From Candidatus Eiseniibacteriota bacterium (GTDB taxonomy: Bacteria; Eisenbacteria; RBG-16-71-46), in NCBI GenBank assembly GCA_044223135.1, contig JBGAMH010000002.1, positions 1 through 58,420 on the forward strand: DNA of 58,420 nucleotides, written 5' to 3'. The first letter of the stretch is position 1; each line of letters starts with the position of its first letter. Made by a program: the position numbers and the translations under genes. Under the pieces are notes generated by a model that searched no databases, was not told where the DNA came from, and saw only the letters and a list, made by a program, of their open reading frames with translations. Shown piece after piece: positions 9,030-18,589 of the stretch.

Positions 9030-10436
9030 GTGGGTCTGTTGATCCGAAACGGCGAGATCGTGAACGCCGGCGAGCGCTTCGTCGCCGACGTCTGGTGCGA
9101 CGGTGGAAAGGTCGCCGCGATCGGCACGCGGCTCGAACCGAAGACCGGCGACACCGTGATCGACGCGGCCGGCCAGTACGTGCTGCCGGGCTTCGTCGAC
9201 CCGCACGTGCACATGGAGCTGTCGTTCATGGGCACCGTGTCGGCGGACGACTTCGACTCGGGCGGCGCGTCGGGCGTGGCCGGCGGCACCACGTGCTACA
9301 TCGATTTCTGCATGCAGGGCCGCGGGCAGTCGCTGACGGCGGCCGTGGCGGACTGGCACGCGAAGTCGAAGAAGTCGTGCGTGGACTACACGTACCACCT
9401 GGGCATCACCGACTTCGGGCCGAACACGCCCGCCGAGATGCGCGAGGTCGTGCAGAAGCACGGCATCACCAGCTTCAAGGTGTTCCTCGCCTACAAGGGC
9501 GCGCTGATGGTGGACGACGGCCAGCTCTACCAGATCATGGAGGAGGCCGGGAAGCTCGGCGCCGTGGTCACCGTGCACGCCGAGAACGGCGACGCCGTGT
9601 GGCACCTGCAGCGCGAGCTGATCGCCAAGGGCTGCACCGGGCCCGAGTTCCACCCGGTGTCGCGGCCCAGCGTGGTCGAAGGCGAGGCCACCGAGCGCGC
9701 GCTGGCGATGGCGCGCCTGCACGGCACCACGGCGTACATCGTGCACATGACCTGCAAAGAGGCGGTGCACGCGCTGGAGCGCGCGAAGCTGTCGGGCCAG
9801 CACTGCTACGGCGAGACGTGCCCGCAGTACCTGCTGCTGGACGACACCGTGTTCGACAGGCCCGACTTCGAGGGCTCGCTGTACGTGATGAGTCCGCCGA
9901 TCCGCCCGGGTCACGTGGGCCACCACGCGGCGCTGTGGGCCGGGCTCTCCAACCGCATGCTCGACACCATCGGCACCGACCACTGCCCGTTCACGTTCGA
10001 GCAGAAGAAGATGGGCCTCGGCGACTTCACGAAGATCCCGAACGGCGCACCGGGCATCGAGGACCGCCTGCTGCTGATGTACACCGAGGGCGTGATGGGT
10101 GGGCACTTCGACCTGTGCCGCATGGTCGAACTGGGCTCGGCCGCCCCGGCGCGCATCTTCGGCCTCGAATCGAAGGGCGCGGTCGCCGTGGGCAAGGACG
10201 CCGATCTCGTGCTGCTGGATCCGAAGGGCTCCGGCACGCGCAGCGCGAAGACGCACTTCTCGCGCGCCGACCGCAACATCTACGAAGGCCGCCCCGTGAA
10301 GGGCCGCATCACCAGCACCATCGTCGCCGGGCGCGTCGCGTTCGACGGCAGCAAGCTCATGACGCAGACCGGCGCGGGTCGCTTCATCGCCCGCAAGCCC
10401 ACGCATTTCGCCCATCACGCGGAGGTGAAGCCTTGA
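9030..10436 (+). CDS. Dihydropyrimidinase / D-hydantoinase (cyclic amidohydrolase)
   Basis: GTG at 9030, 6 nt after AAGGAG (the ORF track starts at 9015). Motifs LLIRNGEIV, PGFVDPHVHM, SFKVFLAYKG, VTVHAENGD and GTDHCPF are present. Confidence 0.9.
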   Translation: MGLLIRNGEIVNAGERFVADVWCDGGKVAAIGTRLEPKTGDTVIDAAGQYVLPGFVDPHVHMELSFMGTVSADDFDSGGASGVAGGTTCYIDFCMQGRGQSLTAAVADWHAKSKKSCVDYTYHLGITDFGPNTPAEMREVVQKHGITSFKVFLAYKGALMVDDGQLYQIMEEAGKLGAVVTVHAENGDAVWHLQRELIAKGCTGPEFHPVSRPSVVEGEATERALAMARLHGTTAYIVHMTCKEAVHALERAKLSGQHCYGETCPQYLLLDDTVFDRPDFEGSLYVMSPPIRPGHVGHHAALWAGLSNRMLDTIGTDHCPFTFEQKKMGLGDFTKIPNGAPGIEDRLLLMYTEGVMGGHFDLCRMVELGSAAPARIFGLESKGAVAVGKDADLVLLDPKGSGTRSAKTHFSRADRNIYEGRPVKGRITSTIVAGRVAFDGSKLMTQTGAGRFIARKPTHFAHHAEVKP

Positions 10437-11758
10437 ACCCGAACGCCAGCACGACCCCGATGACCTCCGCCGACGTGCGCCGGAAGCACAAGGAAGTCCT
10501 GTTCCCGTCCGTGGGCAACTTCTACGCCGAGCCCGTGGTGCTGTCCGAGGGCAAGGGCCTGCGCGTGCGCGACCTGGACGGCAAGGACTACCTCGACTTC
10601 TTCGGCGGCATCCTCACCGTGTCGGTGGGGCACTGCAACGACGAGGTGAACGGCGCCGTGAAGGCGCAGATCGACCGGCTCGGCCACGTGTCCACGCTGT
10701 ACCCCACGCTGCCGATCGTCGAACTGGCCGAGAAGCTCGTCTCCATCGCGCCGGGCCAGCTGAAGAAGGCGTTCTTCACGGCCAGCGGCACCGAGGCCGA
10801 CGAAACCGCGGTCACGCTCGCGCAGGTGTACACGGGCAAGAGCGAGATCATCGCGCTGCGCCACGGCTACTCGGGCCGCTCGCTGCTGGCGCAGGCGCTC
10901 ACCGCGCACTCGCCGTACCGCGCCGTGCCCACGCAGATCGCGGCGGTGAAGCACGCGCTGTCGCCGTACTGCTACCGCTGCCCGCTCAAGCTCACGTACC
11001 CCAAGTGCAACGTGCAGTGCGCGCGCGACCTCGACGAGCTCATCCGCACCACCACCACCGGCCAGCCCGCGGCGTTCCTCGCCGAGCCCATCCAGGGCGT
11101 GGGCGGGTTCGTGACGCCGCCGAAGGAGTACTTCCAGATCGCGGTCGAGATCGTGCGCAAGTACGGCGGCCTGTTCATCTGCGACGAGGTGCAGACGGGC
11201 TTCGGCCGCACCGGCGACAAGTGGTGGGGCTGCGAGCAGTACGGCGTCGAGCCCGACATGATGACCATGGCCAAGGGCATCGCCAACGGCATGCCGCTGT
11301 CGGCCACGCTCGCGACCACGGCGATCGCCGACTCGTTCACGAAGTCGCAGATCAGCACGTACGGCGGCAACCCGATCAGCGCCACGGCCGGTCTCGCCAC
11401 CGTGAACGTGATCGAGAAGCACGGCCTGCTGCGCAACGCCGCGGTGCAGGGCGCGAAGCTGCGCGAGGGGCTCGAGAAGATCCAGCGCAAGCACCCGCGC
11501 ATCGTGGGCGAGGTGCGCGGCATGGGCCTGATGCAGGGCATGGAGATCGTGAAGGACGAGACCGCGAACGACCGCACGCCGAACCCGCAGGCCGTGAACG
11601 CGCTGTTCGAGGAGACGAAGAAGCGCGGCCTGCTGATCGGCAAGGGCGGTCTGAACGGCAACTGCCTGCGCATCTCGCCGCCGCTCACCGTGAGCGCGGC
11701 CGAAGTGGACGAGGCGCTGCAGAAGCTGGGCGAGTCGTTCGACGCCATCGACGCGTGA
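10433..11758 (+). CDS. Class-III PLP aminotransferase (probable beta-alanine/omega-amino acid aminotransferase)
   Basis: TTG at 10433, 7 nt after GGAGG, overlapping the upstream stop (alternative ATG at 10460). Motifs SGTEADETA, FICDEVQTGFGRTG, MTMAKGIANG and STYGGNP are present. Confidence 0.85.
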   Translation: MNPNASTTPMTSADVRRKHKEVLFPSVGNFYAEPVVLSEGKGLRVRDLDGKDYLDFFGGILTVSVGHCNDEVNGAVKAQIDRLGHVSTLYPTLPIVELAEKLVSIAPGQLKKAFFTASGTEADETAVTLAQVYTGKSEIIALRHGYSGRSLLAQALTAHSPYRAVPTQIAAVKHALSPYCYRCPLKLTYPKCNVQCARDLDELIRTTTTGQPAAFLAEPIQGVGGFVTPPKEYFQIAVEIVRKYGGLFICDEVQTGFGRTGDKWWGCEQYGVEPDMMTMAKGIANGMPLSATLATTAIADSFTKSQISTYGGNPISATAGLATVNVIEKHGLLRNAAVQGAKLREGLEKIQRKHPRIVGEVRGMGLMQGMEIVKDETANDRTPNPQAVNALFEETKKRGLLIGKGGLNGNCLRISPPLTVSAAEVDEALQKLGESFDAIDA

Positions 11759-11767
11759 GGTGAACCG

Positions 11768-13093
11768 GTGACCCAGCTTCCCGAAGGCCGTCTCGAGCAC
11801 CAGCTGTCCGACGCGAAGCCCGTCTACACGCCGGGCGAGGCCGTGGCGGAGGCGAACCGCTGCCTCTACTGCCACGACGCCCCGTGCGTGCAGGCGTGCC
11901 CCACGGGCATCGACATCCCCACGTTCATCCGCAAGATCGGCACCGACAACGTGCGCGGCTCCGCGCGCACGATCCTGTCGGCGAACCTGCTCGGCTACTC
12001 GTGCGCGCGCGTCTGCCCCGTGGAGGTGCTGTGCGTGGGCGCGTGCGTGTACAACGCCTGGCACCGCAGCCCGCCCATCGCGATCGGGCGGCTGCAGCGC
12101 TACGCCACCGAGACGCTGCTCGCCGGCGGCGACGCTTCGACGCTGCTGGCGAAGGCCCCGGCCACCGGCAAGCGCGTGGCGTGCGTCGGCGCCGGGCCGG
12201 CGTCGCTCGCGTGCGCGGGCTACCTGGCACTCGAAGGCGTGCAGGTGACCGTGTACGAGAAGCGCCCGATCGCCGGCGGACTCAACGTGAGCGGCGTGGC
12301 TCCGTACAAGATGCACGCCGACGCGGCGCTCGCCGAGGTCGAGTTCCTGCGCTCGCTCGGCGTGGAACTGCGCACCGGCGTCGAGATCGGCCGCGACGTG
12401 ACCGCGGAGCAGCTGCTGCGCGAGCACGACGCGGTGTTCCTGGGCCTGGGACTCGGCGGCGACTCGCCGCTCGGGTTGCCGGGCGAGGACGGCCCCGGCG
12501 TGACGGGCGCGGTCGCGTGGATCGAGCGGCTCAAGCTGGAGCCCGGCTACTCGGTGGGTGGCGTGCGGCGTGCGGTCGTGATCGGCGGCGGCAACACCGC
12601 CATCGACGCGGCCCGCGCGCTGGCGCGGCTCCGCGTGCCGTCGGTGCGCATGCTGTACCGGCGCACGGCCGCCGAGATGAGCGGCTACCTGCACGAGCTG
12701 GAGCAGGGCAAGCTCGACGGCATCTCGCTGGTGGAGCACGCGGTGCCGAAGGCGTTCGAGCGCGACGCGCAGGGCACGCTCACGGGCATCACGCTGGCCG
12801 ACGGTCGCCACGAGCCGTGCGACTTCGCGGTCGTCGCCATCGGCCAGGCGAAGCTCGCCGAGCTCGTGCGCAGCTTCCCGGGCGTCGACCTCGACGATCG
12901 GGGCCGGGTGGCCGCCGATCCGGCGACCGGCGTCACCGCGAACCCGAAGGTATTCGCGGGCGGCGACGGCCTGCGCGGCGGCGAGCTGGTGGTGACCGCG
13001 GTGCAGGACGGCAAGCGCGCGTCCCGTGGCATCGCGGCCGCGCTCGGCATCCCGGTGCGCAAGGACGCGCCGATGCACGCGGGGCACGTGTAG
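11768..13093 (+). CDS. preT: NAD-dependent dihydropyrimidine dehydrogenase subunit PreT (GltD-like)
   Basis: GTG preceded by GAGGTGAA. N-terminal Fe-S cysteines (CLYCHDAPCVQACP). Two dinucleotide-binding motifs (VACVGAGPASLACA, VVIGGGNTAID). Confidence 0.85.
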   Translation: MTQLPEGRLEHQLSDAKPVYTPGEAVAEANRCLYCHDAPCVQACPTGIDIPTFIRKIGTDNVRGSARTILSANLLGYSCARVCPVEVLCVGACVYNAWHRSPPIAIGRLQRYATETLLAGGDASTLLAKAPATGKRVACVGAGPASLACAGYLALEGVQVTVYEKRPIAGGLNVSGVAPYKMHADAALAEVEFLRSLGVELRTGVEIGRDVTAEQLLREHDAVFLGLGLGGDSPLGLPGEDGPGVTGAVAWIERLKLEPGYSVGGVRRAVVIGGGNTAIDAARALARLRVPSVRMLYRRTAAEMSGYLHELEQGKLDGISLVEHAVPKAFERDAQGTLTGITLADGRHEPCDFAVVAIGQAKLAELVRSFPGVDLDDRGRVAADPATGVTANPKVFAGGDGLRGGELVVTAVQDGKRASRGIAAALGIPVRKDAPMHAGHV

Positions 13094-13117
13094 GACGCAC
13101 GCACGGCGGGAACGGCG

Positions 13118-13155
13118 CGAGGCGCGGGATCGCTCCCGCGCCTCGTGTCGTTTCC
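13118..13155. terminator. Bidirectional terminator-like hairpin between preT and the convergent repeat-protein gene
   Basis: Perfect 12-bp stem CGAGGCGCGGGA / TCCCGCGCCTCG with loop TCGC, followed by TGTCGTTTCC. Confidence 0.55.
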
Positions 13156-13168
13156 CGGCACCACCCCG

Positions 13169-15559
13169 CTACAGCCGCACCACGCGCACGCTGCGCTCGA
13201 GCCCCGGCGTGCTCACACGCACGAAGTAGAGCCCCGGGCCCGCCTCGCCGCCCGCCGCGTCGCGCCCGTCCCAGCGCAGCTCGTGCGCGCCCGCGCCGAA
13301 CTCGCCCGACGCCACTTCGCGCACCTGCCGGCCCGCCGCGTCGTACACCCGCACGCTCGCACTCGCGGCGCGCGGCAGCGCCAGGCGGAACACGCTCGCA
13401 CCGCGCGTCGGGTTCGCACCCGTGCGTTCGAACGCCAGCGTCAGCGGCGCGTCACCCACGCCCACGGTGCCGCTCGGCGACACGAGTGCCGGGGCGCTCT
13501 CGTTGCCGTGCACGTCCACCGCCGTCAGCTTCCAGTACCAGTTCCCGCCCGGCGCCACGTAGCCCGTGTCGGGCTGCGACGTGAACAGCGTCGCGCCGCT
13601 CGGCACGAAGCCGGGCGTCGCGCCGCGGTACAGGCGGAAGCCCACGAAGTCGGCGTCGCTGCTGCGGCCCCACGACAGGTGCGTGAACGACGGCGCGTAC
13701 GCCCCGGTGAACGGCGCGGGTGTCGCGGGCGGCAGGTTGTCCACCGAGTAGCCCGAGTCCGGCGCCGAGTCCCAGAACGCGCCGTCGGTGCCCACCGCCT
13801 CCACCATGAACAGCGTGCGCGGATTGCCCGCGCCCACGGAGTCGCCCTCGGTGCTCGCGACGAAGCTGTACCCCGCCTGCCCGTTCGCGAGCTGCGTGGC
13901 GACCTGCTCCCAGTAGACCGTGGCGGTGGCGTCCGTCGTCGTGCGGAGCACGCGCGCGCCGGTCTTCGCGGCGTTCGCGCCCTCCACCCCGGCGCCGCCG
14001 TCGGCGGCGAGCACGGCGCCCGCGGCGAGCGCCTGCGCCGCGAGCCGGGCCGGCACCTGCCGCCAGATGCGATAGCTCGCCACGCCGAACGCGGGCTCGG
14101 CGTCGAGATAGCTCGGCGTCCAGCTCACCCGCACCCTGCCGCCCTGGTCCACCGGCACGTCGCGCACGCTGACGATGGACGGCTCGGGATTGCCGAGACG
14201 CCCGAAGCGCTCGATGCGCTGCGCGTAGACGCCGTAGCTGGAGGCGCGCCCGTCGGTCCACGCGGCGATCACACCGCCGGCGCCGTCCGGCGCGAGCGCG
14301 AAGTCGCCCTGGAGCGGCGCGAGCCCTGGAACGATGCCGAGCGTGGGCGCGGGCCACCCGAGCGGTGCGGCGCCATTGCCGAGCAGTCGCTGCACCGTGA
14401 ACGGAGCCATGATGCCGTCGTACCAACCCGTGACCAGGCCGCCGCGGCCGTCGGCCACGCACGGCGCCATGGCCGGGAATGCGCTCGGGGAGAGCGCGTT
14501 GCCCTCGGTGCTCCAACCCGGCGCCCGCAGTCCGGCCGCGGTGACGTGCGTGGCGAGCATGCGCACCGTGAGAAAGCTCCGGGCCGCCACCACGTAGGCG
14601 CCGCGTGCGCCGTCGCTGCAGATGGACCGCGCTTCGTACATGTCCCCGCCGTTGCCCATCACGCCGCGCGCGCCCCACTGCAGGCCGCCGCCCGCCGAGG
14701 GAATGCAGACCACGTCCACCACGGACGGTGACGTGCCCTCGTCGGTATAGGCCACGATCACTCCACCCAGGCCGTCCGCCACCGCGTGCGGTCGCGTCTG
14801 GTTGCCCGTGTACGGCAGCGCGTACGTGCCGATCAGGCCGGCCCCTGCGGAGAAGTGGCGGAACATGATGTCGGTGCCGACGCCCGCTTCGCTCTGGTAG
14901 ACGACGCAGGCGCCGCCCGAACCATCGGCGACGACCTCGGCGTTCTGCTGGATGCCGCCGCTGAAATCCACGGTCACCGGGAATCCGGTCACGACGACGC
15001 CGGCCGGCGTGACGCGGGCCAGGTACTCGTCGTAGTCGCTGACGCTGTAGATCTCGCCGAACGACACGAAGACTCCGCCCGCGCCGTCGGTGCAAAGTTT
15101 CGGCTGGAAGGCCTGGCCGTCCCACACCCTCAGTCCGTTCGCCGGCCACCCCGGCGCGATCGTGCCGTTGGCGAGCACGCGCTGGACGAACACGTCCTGC
15201 CCCGCGCGGTCGTCGATCCACGTCGCGTACAATCCGCCGCTCGGATCGGGCAGGATCTGCACGGCCTGCTGGCTGCCCGTCACGTTGGTGAGCGCCACGC
15301 CGTTCGCCGTCCAGCCGGGTGCCGCGGCCCCGTTGGCCAGCAGGTGCTGCACGTACACGTCGGCGTTCCCGCCACGGGTGTCGGCCCAGCCCAGGAACAC
15401 GCCGCCCGCGCCGTCGGACGCCGAGACCACCCCGTAGCGCGTGCCGGCGCCGAGGGCCACGGTCGTGTTGACGGACGGGTCGTTCGACCACGCCGCATGG
15501 GCGAGCGCCGGCGCCAGCAGGGCGGCGAGCAGGGCGAGTGCAGACGGACGACGGAACAT
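13169..15559 (-). CDS. Secreted repeat protein: ~8 copies of a DGxGG...W.D.R...YAQR ~55-aa repeat, Fn3-like region, C-terminal FlgD-Ig/T9SS-like sorting domain
   Basis: Internal ATG at 15559 preceded by GGAGG. Signal peptide MFRRPSALALLAALLAPALAHA. Repeats such as SDGAGGVFLGWADTRGGNADVYVQHLLANG and PDGAGGVIAAWTDGRASSYGVYAQRI. C-terminus reads VRVYDAAGRQVREV...GLYFVRV...VVRL. Confidence 0.8.
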   Translation of the reverse strand: MFRRPSALALLAALLAPALAHAAWSNDPSVNTTVALGAGTRYGVVSASDGAGGVFLGWADTRGGNADVYVQHLLANGAAAPGWTANGVALTNVTGSQQAVQILPDPSGGLYATWIDDRAGQDVFVQRVLANGTIAPGWPANGLRVWDGQAFQPKLCTDGAGGVFVSFGEIYSVSDYDEYLARVTPAGVVVTGFPVTVDFSGGIQQNAEVVADGSGGACVVYQSEAGVGTDIMFRHFSAGAGLIGTYALPYTGNQTRPHAVADGLGGVIVAYTDEGTSPSVVDVVCIPSAGGGLQWGARGVMGNGGDMYEARSICSDGARGAYVVAARSFLTVRMLATHVTAAGLRAPGWSTEGNALSPSAFPAMAPCVADGRGGLVTGWYDGIMAPFTVQRLLGNGAAPLGWPAPTLGIVPGLAPLQGDFALAPDGAGGVIAAWTDGRASSYGVYAQRIERFGRLGNPEPSIVSVRDVPVDQGGRVRVSWTPSYLDAEPAFGVASYRIWRQVPARLAAQALAAGAVLAADGGAGVEGANAAKTGARVLRTTTDATATVYWEQVATQLANGQAGYSFVASTEGDSVGAGNPRTLFMVEAVGTDGAFWDSAPDSGYSVDNLPPATPAPFTGAYAPSFTHLSWGRSSDADFVGFRLYRGATPGFVPSGATLFTSQPDTGYVAPGGNWYWKLTAVDVHGNESAPALVSPSGTVGVGDAPLTLAFERTGANPTRGASVFRLALPRAASASVRVYDAAGRQVREVASGEFGAGAHELRWDGRDAAGGEAGPGLYFVRVSTPGLERSVRVVRL

Positions 15560-15828
15560 GCGGGGCCTCCGGAGGACTCGGCGGATCGGGGTTCGGGCAC
15601 GAGGTACCTCTGTCTCAATCCCCGGCGCCCTCCAAACCGCACGGCCGGGCCCGCCGCCCCGCCCGATTCCCCCATCGAATCCGCGGTGGCCTGCGCTATC
15701 ATCGCCCGGCCCATGACCTTCGGGGGCCCGTGAGCCCCAGACCTTCGGCCGTACACGCGGCCAGACCCCGTCGGAGAACGCCCGCCCGCGCGCGGCCACG
15801 CTCCGCCGGAGCCCAGGACGAGCCCCGC

Positions 15829-17163
15829 ATGGCTGATCTCTCGATCGACTTCGCCGGCATCAAGTCCCCGAACCCCTTCTGGCTCGCGAGCGCCCCGCCC
15901 ACCAACAGCGGCGAGCAGGTGATGCGCGCGTTCGACCACGGCTGGGGCGGCGCGGTGTGGAAGACGCTCGGCGACCCGATCGTGGACACGTCCAGCCGCT
16001 TCGGCGCGATCGAGGTGGGCGGGCAGCGCATGGTGGGCTTCAACAACATCGAGCTGATCACCGACCGTCCCCTCGCCGTGAACCTGCGCGAGATCGCCGA
16101 GTGCAAGAAGCGCTATCCGAAGCACGCCGTGATCGTGTCGCTGATGGTGGAGTCCAGGGACGACTGGCGCGAGATCATCCGCCGCGTCGAGGACACCGGC
16201 GCCGACGGGCTGGAGCTGAACTTCGGCTGCCCGCACGGCATGTGCGAGCGCGGCATGGGCTCGGCCGTCGGGCAGGAGCCGAAGGTGCTCAAGACCGTGG
16301 CCGGCTGGGCGCTGGAGTTCTCGAAGCTGCCCGTGCTCGTGAAGCTCACCCCGAACGTGGGCGACATCACGGTGCCGGGCGTGGCCGCGGTCGAGGCGGG
16401 CGTGCACGGCCTGTCGCTCATCAACACGATCAAGAGCATCGTGGGCGTGGACCTGGACCGCATGGTGCCCTACCCGGTCGTGGGCAACCGCTCCACGAAC
16501 GGCGGCTACTGCGGGCCGGCGGTGAAGCCGATCGGGCTGCACATGGTGGCCGCGCTCGCGCGCGACCCGCGCGTGACCGTGCCGATCTCCGGCATCGGCG
16601 GCATCGCCACGTGGCGCGACGCCGCGGAATACATCGCGCTGGGCTCCACCAGCGTCCAGGTGTGCACGTCGGTGATGCACTACGGATTCCGCATCGTCGA
16701 GGACATGATCGACGGCCTTTCGAACTTCCTCGACTCCAAGGGCATGAAGTCGGTGAACGAGCTGCGCGGCCGCGCGCTGCCCGCGTTCACCGAGTGGGGC
16801 GATCTGGACCTCAACTACAAGGTCGCCGCCAGCATCGACCCGCAGAAGTGCATCGGCTGCGACCTGTGCCTGGTGGCGTGCCGCGACACGTCGGTGCACT
16901 GCATCCACACGGGCGAGCACCCGCTGCCCGCCGGTCACCGCGCGCCGTCGCGCGACGCCGCCATCGCGCGCGCGAAGGACACGGGCATCCACGTGACGTG
17001 GGTGGACTGGGACGAGTGCACGGGCTGCAACCTCTGCTCGCACGTGTGCCCGGTGCCGGGCTGCATCACGATGGTCGACGACACGCGCGGCAAGCCGTTC
17101 GAGAGCTGGAACGACCGCATCGCCAGGGGCACCGCGCACGTGCCCGGCGGCCTGCACGACTGA
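15829..17163 (+). CDS. preA: NAD-dependent dihydropyrimidine dehydrogenase subunit PreA (DHODH-like TIM barrel plus 2x[4Fe-4S])
   Basis: Internal ATG at 15829. Motifs MADLSIDFAGIKSPNPFWLASAPP, LELNFGCPHGM, GGIATWRDA. C-terminal ferredoxin motifs CIGCDLCLVAC and CTGCNLCSHVCP. Confidence 0.9.
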   Translation: MADLSIDFAGIKSPNPFWLASAPPTNSGEQVMRAFDHGWGGAVWKTLGDPIVDTSSRFGAIEVGGQRMVGFNNIELITDRPLAVNLREIAECKKRYPKHAVIVSLMVESRDDWREIIRRVEDTGADGLELNFGCPHGMCERGMGSAVGQEPKVLKTVAGWALEFSKLPVLVKLTPNVGDITVPGVAAVEAGVHGLSLINTIKSIVGVDLDRMVPYPVVGNRSTNGGYCGPAVKPIGLHMVAALARDPRVTVPISGIGGIATWRDAAEYIALGSTSVQVCTSVMHYGFRIVEDMIDGLSNFLDSKGMKSVNELRGRALPAFTEWGDLDLNYKVAASIDPQKCIGCDLCLVACRDTSVHCIHTGEHPLPAGHRAPSRDAAIARAKDTGIHVTWVDWDECTGCNLCSHVCPVPGCITMVDDTRGKPFESWNDRIARGTAHVPGGLHD

Positions 17164-17185
17164 GGCGCAGCACCCGTGCGAGGAC

Positions 17186-17216
17186 GGCGCGGCCCGGAGG
17201 CGGGCCGCGCCGTTTC
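17186..17216. terminator. Bidirectional terminator-like hairpin between preA and the convergent protease gene
   Basis: Perfect 11-bp stem GGCGCGGCCCG / CGGGCCGCGCC with loop GAGG, followed by GTTTCC. Confidence 0.55.
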
Positions 17217-17221
17217 CGCGT

Positions 17222-18589
17222 TCAGGGCGCGGAGATCGTCACCGGCCCCACGCTGGCCTGGATCGTCATGGCGCGCGTCAGCGTCTGCCCGGTGCTCACG
17301 CCGTAGGTGGCAGGCCACACCGACACGATGCCGCCGGTCGCCACGGCGTTCACCCCTTCCATGAACGTGTTCCACGGACGCATGAGCGAGCCGCTCTCCA
17401 CCACGGGCATCGGGTGGCCGCGGTCCACGTACGTGGTCGCCACGCCGAGGATGCCGTTGATGGCGTTCTCCAGCGCGTCCACCTCGAACGACGTCGCGGC
17501 GTTGTTGCCGCCGCTCGTGGTGCAGCCGCCGTTCGTGTGCACGCCGATCGCGATGTTCTGCGCCTCCCAGATCACCGGGCTGCCCGAGTTCCCGCCCTCG
17601 GTGTCCACCGCGTAGTCCAGCCGGATGTCCGCGCCCGACACGGATTCACCGTTGAACGGCCCGGTCGAGGTCTGGTTCGTCTGGTTCGTGGTGCCGACAT
17701 CCGTGCCGAAGCCGGTCACGCGCAGCGTGACGCCGTTCGCCGGCAGCTCGTGGGTGATGCGCAGCGGCTGGCCGTATGCCTGGTGCGGCAGCAGCCCGGT
17801 GGTCGCGTTCGCGTTCACGCGGAACACGCACCAGTCCTTGCCGAGACCCTGCCCCTCGCCGTCGAAGCGCCACATCACGCCGGTGAGGTTGATCGGGAAC
17901 TGATCCGCGGCGGCGGCGGCCACGAGCGTGCCGTCGTTCTGGGATGCGGGGACGTTGAACTCCACGACGCCGCTCAGGTCCAGGATGCCGTCGGGCAACT
18001 GCGGACCGGCGCCGTCGGGGTCGAAGTCCGCGCAGTGCCCGGCGGTCAGGAACGCGCCGTTGCCGATGCGCCAGGCCGTGCAGCCGCTGTTGAAGATGCG
18101 GGCCACGCGGTTGTCGGTGGACGCCACGCGGTCGTCGTTCGCGCCGCACTGCGTGAACGGCCGCAGCGGCATGCCCACGCCCACCACCGCGCCCCGCACC
18201 ACCGCTTCCACGTCGCGGTCACCGGGCGCCACGACCAGCTTCACGTCCACGCGGTCGCCGTTGAACACGGCGGACACGCTGCCCCAGTCCTCCAGCGCGC
18301 GGGCGTCGAGCGTCTGCCAGTCGCCGTTCCACGCCGAGCGCAGCACGATGCGGCTGGAGTCCCCCAGCGCGCACTTGCCGAACACCACGCGCATCCACGG
18401 TGCGCCCGGCATCTCGATCGTGCCCAGGTCCACCTCGCGCGCGGGCCGGCCCCGCTCGCCGCTCTGCACGCCGGACGAGCGCGACACCGTGGTGGTTCGC
18501 CACAGGGGCGCGTCGGCCGGCGCCGCCATCGCGGTGCCGGCCATGCACACCGCCGCGACCCCGGCCATCACTCCGAGCCGCGCGCTCAC
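17222..18589 (-). CDS. Secreted trypsin-like (S1 family) serine protease with N-terminal pro-region and C-terminal extension
   Basis: Same frame as track ORF 17222..20011, but the real start is GTG at 18589 (GTGA overlap with the upstream stop) or ATG at 18568. Signal MAGVAAVCMAGTAMAAP. Catalytic motifs LTAGHC, DWCVF and TEGGNSGSPV. Confidence 0.8.
   Translation of the reverse strand: MSARLGVMAGVAAVCMAGTAMAAPADAPLWRTTTVSRSSGVQSGERGRPAREVDLGTIEMPGAPWMRVVFGKCALGDSSRIVLRSAWNGDWQTLDARALEDWGSVSAVFNGDRVDVKLVVAPGDRDVEAVVRGAVVGVGMPLRPFTQCGANDDRVASTDNRVARIFNSGCTAWRIGNGAFLTAGHCADFDPDGAGPQLPDGILDLSGVVEFNVPASQNDGTLVAAAAADQFPINLTGVMWRFDGEGQGLGKDWCVFRVNANATTGLLPHQAYGQPLRITHELPANGVTLRVTGFGTDVGTTNQTNQTSTGPFNGESVSGADIRLDYAVDTEGGNSGSPVIWEAQNIAIGVHTNGGCTTSGGNNAATSFEVDALENAINGILGVATTYVDRGHPMPVVESGSLMRPWNTFMEGVNAVATGGIVSVWPATYGVSTGQTLTRAMTIQASVGPVTISAP

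Noticed and set aside
4668-10418. 1916-aa reverse-strand ORF, the longest in the track
   Set aside because: It is antisense to five independently supported + strand genes (cytochrome, ureidopropionase, VOC, dihydropyrimidinase, aminotransferase start). The translation is R/A/G/H/V-rich low-complexity sequence typical of stop-free antisense frames in ~70% GC DNA. It has no motifs.
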